Source: Fonticula alba ATCC 38817 (Eukaryota > Protista > Nucleariida). From it: a DNA stretch of 22,095 nt. The notes beneath the pieces were generated by a model. It was not told where the DNA came from. It searched no databases and worked only from the letters and a program-made list of their open reading frames with translations. Shown here one piece after another: positions 1 to 9,610 of this stretch. A program made the position numbers and the translations under genes. Every line of letters begins with the position of its first letter. The first letter of the stretch is position 1. Location of the stretch: assembly GCA_000388065.2 (NCBI GenBank), contig KB932203.1; one strand, given 5' to 3'.

Positions 1-1815
1 GTTGCGCCAGCCCTTGCCCCCGCAGCTTTCCCCCAGCCCCGAAGAACAGTCAGCCTTCCCCCGCCACCGCCCTCCGGGTCCGCGCCGCCGGGCGCCCTGT
101 GCCGGCGCCTGCCCCGGCCCGTCGCTCCCCCCGCCCCCCCGCCCCCCCCCCCCCCCCCCTCCACCCCCGCGCGTCGACCAAGAGAGGGCGCGGGGGGGCG
201 AGCTGGCCCATGGACCGGGGAGGACCGGGGGCCGGGGCTGCGCGCGCGCGCCTTCGGCCGAAGGCGCGCACTGTGTTTGCCGCCGTCGCACATTCCCACC
301 CGCAGCACGCGCATGCCATGCCCGGAGAGCCTTGCACCGGTGCCCCGGCAGCCGCCGTGTCCCCCCGGGCCAGGTGGGGGATGCCAGCCGGCCGGCGCCA
401 ATCTTGCCAGCCGGCCCCCGGAGCGGACGCGCGGCCCCCTTCTGCCCGGGGCCGCGCGCGCGGGGGGATCAAAAAATAATAATCCCCCCCCCCCCTCCCC
501 CCTTGCCGCAGAGCGTCCTCGACGGGCCCGGCGGCGAGGCGCGGGCCGAGGCCCGCTGTCGTCACGCCCCGGCGGGGCGGCACACCCTCAGGGGGCGAGG
601 GCGCGCCTCCGTCCCTGCCTCCCTCCCCGAGACCGTGGCGCACTCAATGCCACCATGCGCCGGCCAAAGGGGCGTGGGGGGGAGGAGCAAACGAGGGCCG
701 GTCCCCCACCCCGCGGCCGGCTGTCTCTCCCCACTCCGCGGGGAAGACACAGGGGCCGGGGCACTCCACCGCCCGGCCGCCGCCCCCCGCCGGCCGCGCC
801 CGCGCGAGCAAGCACCAACACCGAGCGCCATGCGTGCGCGTGGTCCCGGCCACCGGCCTGCTCGGCCGCCTTCTTGCATTTTGGGGCGTGTCTCGGGCTG
901 CGGGCCGGTCCACACCGGCGACCCGGCCGCCGGAGCCGGCCGACGGCCGGGAACGGGCGCACCCGGCACGCTCCCCCCCGCGCAGCCGGCCCCACCCCAC
1001 GCACGGGCCATTGTGTTCGGTGCGCATGATATTGCTGGTGTGCGTCCCGCGCCGGACCCGACCGAGACAAGCATTGGTAGTTGTGGCGGCGCGTAGCCCC
1101 CCCCCCCTCTGCCCGCCCTCTCCTGGCCGGGCGTCGGGGCTCGTGCACGGGCGCATGGCGTACCGATGCCCGGGAGACCGGGGGGGAAGGGGGCGCCGGT
1201 TCGGGCAGCGGCCGGGCCGCACGCCCGGCTGACCTCCACCCCGGGCGCCCGGCGCCCGGGGCCTAGCGGGCCGCGCGGCCGCCAGAAGAAGACTAGTCTC
1301 CCGGCCGGTGCGGCCCGCGCGGCCCGTGCCCGTATATGCCGCGGCATGACACTGGACCAGGCGTTCTGCCCCGTCTGAGCGCGCACGCATGGCCGGGGGA
1401 CCCCCGAGCGCGCCCCGGTCCCAGCCACTGGACCATCAGGCCGCGCCGGCCCGGGCCACTGTCCCCGAGTCATGGGCATGGGGACTCTTGGGCTTTTTTG
1501 TTCTTTTTATTTTATTATTATAAGTGCCCCGGCCCCTTCCCCTCGCCCGGAGGAGCGGCCCTGAGCGGGGCCAGCCCCGGGGGTGCGACGGCCGACGGTC
1601 CCCGCGGAGGGGCCCCAGGCCGGGTCGGCCGGGCGGGCGGGGGGGGGGGAGATGCCCCCGGGGGCCGCCGGCGTCGCCACCTCTGGCCAATATTTAAATC
1701 CTCCCTCCCGGGGGGGGGGGGGGGGATGGCTGCCCGGGCGCGCATGCGCATCCCCGGCCCAGGGGGGAGGGCGGACCGCGACACCACGTATTTGGGGGGG
1801 CGCCCCCTCGAGGTG

Positions 1816-1951
<136 letters not shown>

Positions 1952-2988
1952 GCATGGCCAGCGCGGCTCGCCCCCGGAGGAGCAGTCGCGTGGGCCCGGC
2001 AGGTCATCCTGAGCCCCCCGCCGGCTGGCCGCCACCCGCCCGCCCGGGAGCGGTGGAAGGGGGTGCCCCCCCCCCCCCACACCCAGGGACGTCGTCGTGT
2101 GAGAGCGGGCGGCGGGCGGCGGGCGGCGGGGGGGCCACACAGGGGCAGAGAATGGCCACGCCTGCAGGTAAATATTTGCCCTGCCCGCCTTGCCCGCCCG
2201 CTCGCCACCGCACCACCACGCGCTCTGGCCCATCTCACCGAAGCCCCCCCCCCGCTCCGGAGGAAAGGGGCCGGGGGCGCCAGGGGGCGGCCGGCGCGCC
2301 TGGCCCGAAGTTCGCGGCAGCCGCAGGGGCGCTGGGGGGGGGGGGGGGTCCAGATCGCGCTCCCTGGCGCTTTTTCCCTTTTTTTCTTGCTCCGGCGGGG
2401 GCGTGGCCGGAGGGGCAGACCGCCTGCCCATGCCACGCCCCCCGGCCTGCCCCGCCCCCGCCAGGGGGGCGCGCCCGGAGAGCGTGGGCCTGCCAGATGG
2501 GCGAATGCGCAATCTCCCGGCCGGCTCGCAGCCTCGGCCGGCGCTCGGGCGTGCTTGTGTGCGCCGGGAGCCGGGAATTCCTCGGCCCGCCGCCCGGGCC
2601 ACCCCCGCCCCCCCGGCCGACAGCCCGGCACCCGCTGGTCAAACTCCCTCGCGCCCGCTCTCGAGGGCGCCTGGGCTGCTCCCCCCCCTCCCCCCCCCCC
2701 CGCTCGGGTCTCGGCCGCGCCCCCCTGGCGGGCGACCGAAGCTGACGAAGCACATACTCCGGCACACAAGCACGCGCGAGCTTATTTACACACATGCTCA
2801 CCCGCGGCCCGACACACCGAGGCAGACCGCGAGACGGACACGCATTCACCCCGCCCCCCTGCATCCACTCCTTTTACCGCCAGCCCCCGCCGCCCCCCCC
2901 CGGGCATTGGTTGGTAGTTGGAGCCCGAGGCCCTTTTCAGGCTCCCCGGCGCACGCGCGGAGGGCCGTGCACACGGCCGGCGCGTCAA

Positions 2989-3066
2989 TCAGCCCCCCTC
3001 CTCCTCCAGCCCCTCCCCCCTCNNNNNNNNNNTCAGCCCCCCTCCTCCTCCAGCCCCTCCCCCCTC
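2989..3066 (+). repeat. 34-bp exact duplication across a 10-N gap (unmerged contig overlap)
   Basis: TCAGCCCCCCTCCTCCTCCAGCCCCTCCCCCCTC occurs at 2989-3022 and 3033-3066, separated only by 10 Ns. Confidence 0.9.
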
Positions 3067-3244
3067 TCCCCTTCCCCACCGCCGCCCACGCAAACGCACA
3101 ACCACACTCGCACACCAGCACCCCCCCTCCACTTGCCTTCCCCCCCGCCCGCCCGCCCGCCCGCCCGCCCGCCCGCCTCCCCTTTCCCGGAGACACGCGC
3201 TGCACACCGGCCCCCGTTGCCAATGCCGAGCACCAGGCACTTTG

Positions 3245-3887
3245 ATGTGTAACGGATCCTCCCCTTGCGCCCGGGCCCTCTCCCGGCGGGAGGTAGCCCG
3301 GTGCCGGCGAGCGCCGGCGGGCGCCCGGCGCCCGGCGCTGCCGGGCCTCCTGCCGGCCGCCCTGCTGGGCCTCCCGCTGGCCGCCCTGCTGGCGGTCGCC
3401 ACCGCCTCCCGCCCGGGCGCCTCGTCGCCCTTGCTCGAGCCCGAGCAGCCGGCCAGCAACAGCGACCTGCTGACCATCCGCGTGGCGGTCCTGGCCTCCG
3501 AGCATTCCGGCTTCGATGAGCAGACCGCCATCGCCACCGAGCGCCACCTGGGCATTGTCCTCCGCCGCCCGGTGCAGATCCTCTACGATGAGCTGCCGCT
3601 GACCAGCTCGGCCGCGCCCTTCCTCTCCTTCGACTCGTCCTCCGCCCGGGCCGGGCTCGACATCGGCAGTTACAACTGGTCCCCGGACCCGGTGCAGCTC
3701 ATCCGCGACATCTTCCTCCCCCGCGCCGCGTACGACCTCTACCTGATCGGCGCCTCGTGGACCCCCTCGCTGGCCGACTGGTTTGTCGACATCGAGGAGG
3801 ACCCCCAGGACCCGTCCCACCGGGGGGACCCCTTCGTCTGGCCGGAGTTCTGTGCCGTCGGCAGCAAGCCCGGTGCGTGTCCCCTCT

Positions 3888-3926
<39 letters not shown>

Positions 3927-4756
3927 CCCCGCGCCTCCCCCGCGACTGACCTGCCTGGACATCCCCGCCCCGCCGATCCCCCTCGCCGTGCCCCAGGCTG
4001 CGACTTCGACCCGCAGTTCCTGCGCCTGTACGAGCGCCCACCCAACTCCTCCGCATCCACTCCCAGCCCCCGGCATGCCATGCTCTCGGAGCGTGGCGAT
4101 GGTCGGCGGGCCGGGATCCGCGGGGCTGCCCGCAGTGCCGCCCGCGCGGCCGCGGCCGCTGCCTCCGCCGTTGCCAGCGGCGACACGTCGGCCNNNNNNN
4201 NNNGGGGGTGCGTGCATACGTGCGTGCGTGCATGCGCACATACATGCATATGCATTGCACAGGGGCGTGCATGTGTCCGCCCATGCGCAGGAGCATCCAC
4301 CGGCGGAGCGACATGCCAAGCCCCAGGGAGCAGGTGTCAGAATGGGCGGCAACACCTTGGGCGCGGGGGGGGGGGGCGGGGGAGGGGCGAGCAAGGGCAT
4401 GAGCACGGACCAATGCCACCGGTGGCCAGGCGGACGCCATCAAAGTGCAAGTCCGTCGAGAGGAGCTCGCGTCGGCGGCCGTCTACAGGGGACACACATC
4501 AAGCAGGAAGGTGTTAGAGAGAGAGAGAGAGAACCCAAGCGCCCAATGGGGCACAGGGACAAGGGAAGAGGCTCAAGGCGCGGCCCGGGCAAAGCGCACC
4601 CTTCATGTGGTAGATGCAATCCAGGGATTCGAAGATCACCTCCGACGGCGGGGCCGATGGGGCAGGCGCGGCCGCCGGCCGGGACGTCGCCGGCGGGGCG
4701 GCCATGGCGGCGGTCGGAACGGCCCCGGTCACAGCCGCCGGAGCAGCAGCAGCAGC

Positions 4757-4793
<37 letters not shown>

Positions 4794-5983
4794 GCCGCCG
4801 CCGATGTGGCGACGGCCGTGGGGGCGATGCCAACAGCGCCTGCCTCGGCGGCGCCCGGCCCCGGGGGCTTGGACGCCGTCTCGGCCATGGGCAGAGGGGG
4901 GCCCTCAACAGGCGCCAGGGGGAGGGGAACGGGGACGGCCGTAGGCGCGGCGGCCGCCTCCGGCGGGTGAGCCAGCGGCCCGGTGGTCATGGCGGCTCGC
5001 GGGGAGGAGCGGGAGTCCAGAGGGGAAGGAAGGGGAGGGAGGGCGGAAGGGGGCAGGCAGGCGCGCACGCGCGCGGGGGGGGGAACCAGTCACCGTGGGC
5101 GAAGAGAAGGAGGAAGGGGCGCAGGAGGGGAGGTGGCGAGAGGGGAATGGCCAGCAACGGGAGAGCCAGCTCCCGGCGCCGGCGTGCCCCTTTGGCGCGT
5201 CGGAACCCCGGCCCCCGGGCCGAGGAAGGGCGGCCCGGGCCGCGCACACACTCCACAACCGGGGCCGCCCGGGCCGACCCAACGGCCAACCGTCGGGCCG
5301 GGCACCGGGGGGCGATAAGCGCATGCACATCTCCCCGGCAGTGCCTTGTCTGCCCCCCCTGGCCCGCGGCCACCTTCAGCTCCCCGGCGCCGGCCCCGCA
5401 GTCCGTGCGTCCCCCCCCCCCCCCCCCCCCCCCCCTGAACGGACGGCCAGCACCCGGGGGTCCCTGCTGTCGCACGCGCCAGGGGCCGGGGGCCGGCCGA
5501 AAACACTACCCACCCCGGCCGGAGGAGGGCCTCCCCAAGTCGTGTCGCCGCCGCCGCCGCCGCCCACAACCGGCTCACCGGCCCGCGGCCCCGGCATGCG
5601 ACGCACCTGCACGCAGATCGGTCCGCACACGGCTAGCATGCGCGGCCGGACAACAGCCCCCGCCCCCCCCCCGCCCATACAACAACGGGAAGCATCTCTC
5701 CCCCGTCGTAGCGTGGCCCTCCAGCCGGCTCTCGGAGGGGCGTGCGCGCGATGGCCGGCGCGGTGGCAGCTGCCCACGAATGGGCGGCGCGCGCGCCGAC
5801 GCTTCCGGTTATTTTGGAGAGTTTAAATATGGTCCCGCGCGTGATCCCGCCCGCGCGTGACCGCCCCATGATGCCGCGGTGGGCCGTTGCCCGCGTCCGG
5901 TGTTCCAGTTTACTCTTAACAGAAATGCCCGCGTCGCGTTCTTGGGTGTGTGTGTGTGTGTAGTGGTCGTCCGACCGAACCCG

Positions 5984-6031
<48 letters not shown>

Positions 6032-9000
6032 CCCCCCCCCCGGCCCCGCCGGGCACTCCCCCGGAGCGACGTCNNNNNNNNNNTCGGCGGGCCGGGATCC
6101 GCGGGGCTGCCCGCAGTGCCGCCCGCGCGGCCGCGGCCGCTGCCTCCGCCGTTGCCAGCGGCGACACGTCGGCCTCCGGCGGTGAGGAGCTCCTCTCCGC
6201 CGGCACCATGCATGGCCTCTTCTCGGCCGCCAACACCAGCCACATCGGCGGCCCCTTCAACTTCTCGTCGATCGCGCGCATGCGCCGCGCCGAGGCCTCC
6301 TCCCCCCGGCACATCGCGGCCCCCTGGTTCTCGGACATCGGCGTGCTTTTCTTCCGCCGGGACCTGCTCGAGCGGCACTCCTCCCAGCCCGGCGTGCGCC
6401 TCCCCCCGTACGAGTCGTATGAGCAGCTAATGGTGCGTGCCCCTCGTGGGCCTGGCTTCCCCCTCCCCCTTTTCGTTTTTTTTTTGCTCTCCTGTCTCTG
6501 CTCGCTTCCCCTCCTGTGATCCCTTCTCGGTCCATCTACCGATCCCCCCCCCCCCCACTTTCCCTCACACTCATACTCATACTCATACTCATCTTCATCA
6601 AANNNNNNNNNNNNNNNNNNNNNNNNNNNNNNNNNNNNNNNNNNNNNNNNNNNNNNNNNNNNNNNNNNNNNNNNNNNNNNNNNNNNNNNNNNNNNNNNNN
6701 NNNNNNNNNNNNNNNNNNNNNNNNNNNNNNNNNNNNNNNNNNNCCCCCTTCCCCCCGCCCATCCACTCACTCGCCCTTGGTGGCGACGCCACAGAACGCC
6801 GCGGCCGCCGTTCAACTGGCCGAGTCACTCCCTTCGGGGACCGGGTCCTCGCGGCCGGCCTCCGGCCAGGCCCCCACCACCGCCCATCCGGCCGGGCACC
6901 ACGGCCTCTCGGGGCTCCTCTTCTCGGCGGCCGTCAGCGAGTCGCTCACCTCCTTCACAGTGGAGCTGATGAATGCCCATGGGGCCAGTCCCCTCATCGA
7001 GCCCAAAACCCAGCGGTCGGCCATCAGCTCCCCGCGCAACACCCTGGCCCTTTACCAGGCCCTGTCCTTCCTCCAGCGCGCGCCCTCTCACGAGGCCGCC
7101 GTCGCCTCCATCACTTCCTCCCTCAGCAGCGATGACGAAAATGCCGTGGCCAAGTTCCGTGGCTGTCGGTCGGTCTTCCTCCGGTCCTGGCCCTCGCAGT
7201 ACCGGAAACTCCGGTCCGGCATGATGCGCTGCAACAATCTCTCCGACACGGCCGACGTCGGGGTCACCGCTCTGCCGGGTGGTGGGTCCATCGGCGGCTG
7301 GGGCTGGGCGTGCGTTTTTTCCTCCTCTCCTCCCTCTCTCTCTCTCTCCACTCTCTCTTTTCTTTCTTTCTCTCTCTCTCCACTCTCTCTTTTCTTTCTT
7401 TCTCTCTCTCCACTCTCTCTTTTCTTTCTCTCTGCTCCCTCTCTCCACTCTCTCCACTCTCTCCACTCTCTCTCCACTCTCTCCACTCTCTCCACTCTCT
7501 CCACTCTCTCCACTCTCTCCACTCTCTCCACTCTCTCCACTCTCTCTCCACTCTCTCTCCACTCTCTCTCTCTCTCCACACACGCACTCTCTCTCCACTC
7601 TCTCCACTCTCTCTCTCTCTCTCCACTCCCTCTTTCTGTCTGATCACCGCTCCTTATCATGCTCACCCCCTCCCCTCCTCCAATGCACAGGATCTCCAAG
7701 GACGCCGTTGACCTGCGGGCATGCCGCGAGGCTGTCAAGTTCCTCTCCAGCCCGGATCTCCTGCGCGATCGCGCCGAACGCCTCAGCTTCATCCCCCCCC
7801 GGGTGTCGGTCGGCCGGGAGATCTGCGCCCGGCAGGCCGCCGACGCTGGGCCCACCTGCTCCAATGCCGCGGCCGGTGACCAGACCTCGGTCTTCGAGAC
7901 CGGCGACATGGACTCCGCCCATCCGGACCTGGGCCCGGGATTCTCCCTGCTCCCGGGCAACCCGCCGCCCTTCGCCTTTTGCGAGATCCTCGGCCTGTCG
8001 CCCAATTCCCCGGGGCTGGCGACCGACCCGGCCGCCTCCAACGCCCCGGCCCGGCCGAAGCACACCCTCGGCAGTGGCATCCGCAGTGTGGTTCTCGACG
8101 CGGCGGCCGCCGTGGCCGCCCACTGGAAGCAGGCCCGCTCGGCGGTTCACTCCCTGGCCCCCTCCCCGGCGGCCCCGCTCTTCGCCCCCGACACCACGGT
8201 CTCCCTCGCGGACCTGGACCTGTCCTTCCACGCGGCCGGCGGCCACTTCCCCCTGGTCCGGCCCTATCAGCCGGCCGGCTACCAGCCCGGGCTGGCCTCC
8301 TCCGGTGCCATCACCAGCAGCGCCGGCGGCACGCACAACCGCTCGGCCCCGGCCCCGGCCCCGGCCCCGGCCCCGGTGCCGGCCTCAAGCGGCGGCCCTG
8401 ACACCACCCCCCCGGAGCTGGCCCCCCACCCGGAGCCGGCCGCGCCGCTGGTCAACAGCTCCAACCAGTCCCCCGCGCCGCACATCATCATCCCGGACGC
8501 CGCGGCCGAGGGGTTCTCCCTGCCGGAAACCGGCCCCTACCAATTCCGCAGCGTGGTCCGGCCCTTTGCCCTGTCGAACACCAGCTACCGGGAGGTGTCC
8601 CACCTGGTGTCGGTCTGGTTCTACCGGCAGTTGTCGCGCTCGTCCGACCTGCCGCCGCTGCCCGACAGCCTGGCCGAAACCCCGGCCACCGGGGTCTTCG
8701 ACCTGTCCTCCCTGTCCGGGCCGTCGGCCGCCGCCGCCCGGCGCCTGTCTCTCTCGCTGTCCGAGCTGGAGACCGACATCAACTCCCTGCTGCATGGTGC
8801 CTCGTATGGGGACTTCTGCGGCATGAAGTCCGGCATCTCCATCCCCTGTCGCACGAGCCTCTTCTGCCTGGGCAATGCCTGTCGCAGCTTCTTCCTCATT
8901 GCCTTCTTCATCTCGATCCCCTTCGTGGCCCTGCTTGGCGGGGTGATGTTCCTGGTTTTCTCCGATCGCCGGCCCGAGGCGGTCAACAGTGCGCCCGATC

Positions 9001-9106
9001 GCCCCTCTCTCCTGCCTCGCTCCAGCCTCGGGCCTCCTCCCGATCCTCGGGCCATGCCTGCTCTCAGTCACTGACATGTCGTTCTGCTGTGCCCCGCCCC
9101 CCCCCC

Positions 9107-9140
<34 letters not shown>

Positions 9141-9565
9141 CGCCCTGCCCTTTCGTAGGCTGGAAAGTCTGGAACGCCTACTCGCTCTCCTGGTCGGACC
9201 TATCGCTTGATAGTGAGCCCCTCGGCCGCGGGCACTTTGGCATTGTCTATCGAGGCCGGTACCGCGGCACCGAGGTGGCCGTCAAGCGCCTGCTCTCCTC
9301 CAATGAGATCATGGAGTCCAGCACCGCCCTCCGCGAGTTCAAGGACGAGGCCCGTATCCTCGGATCCCTCCGGCACCCGAACATCATCCTCTTCATGGGC
9401 GCCTGCTTCGAGCCCGGCAACTATGCCCTGGTGACGGAGTACATGCCGCTCGGCACCCTGTATCGGGTGCTGCACAATGGCGATGTCCGTCTTGACTGGT
9501 CCCTGCGCATGCGCATGCTTCGGGACATCTGCTGCGGCATGGGTGCGGCCTACCTCTCTCCCTCT

Positions 9566-9610
<45 letters not shown>

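Larger units (their letters stand above)
4103..6174 (+). repeat. Exact 91-bp direct duplication (4103-4193 and 6084-6174) flanking a gap-bounded 1,870-bp contig
   Basis: TCGGCGGGCCGGGATCC...GACACGTCGGCC is identical at both sites. The first copy ends at the 10-N gap 4194-4203, and the second begins right after the 10-N gap 6074-6083. Confidence 0.95.
3470..8780 (+). other. Extracellular solute-binding domain (type 2 periplasmic binding fold, ABC sugar-binding-like) with low-complexity insertions
   Basis: Ordered family motifs: [21 protein letters not shown]; [22 protein letters not shown]...PPYESYEQL (cf. PwytD.g.LyYRkDLl...pP.TwdEL); VFLRSWPS (cf. FmRnWp); [22 protein letters not shown]...EAVKFLSS; [18 protein letters not shown]. 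The spacing fits trehalose/maltose-type binding proteins from my recall of the family; no search was run. Confidence 0.75.

Noticed and set aside
1340-1380. ATGAC...CTGA resembling C/D boxes
   Set aside because: Box C is imperfect and the spacing is too short for a C/D snoRNA.
5805-5935. Possible snRNA/snoRNA (Sm-like TATTTTGG, ATGATG, CAGTTTAC)
   Set aside because: No recognisable U1/U2/U4/U5 conserved elements and no matching box D before the gap. The short matches are compatible with chance or promoter sequence.
4204-6073. Transposon with a 91-bp target-site duplication
   Set aside because: No transposase or terminal repeats. The junctions coincide exactly with 10-N gaps, the cargo is a housekeeping-gene fragment, and the same gap-overlap pattern occurs at 3023-3032.
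7264-7647. ORFs with WRE/LST/LHS periodic peptides
   Set aside because: These are translations of an intronic CT-rich minisatellite bounded by valid splice sites.
8345-8374. (GGGGCC)n on the minus strand, reminiscent of the C9orf72 repeat
   Set aside because: Only five copies, simply encoding a Pro-Ala linker.
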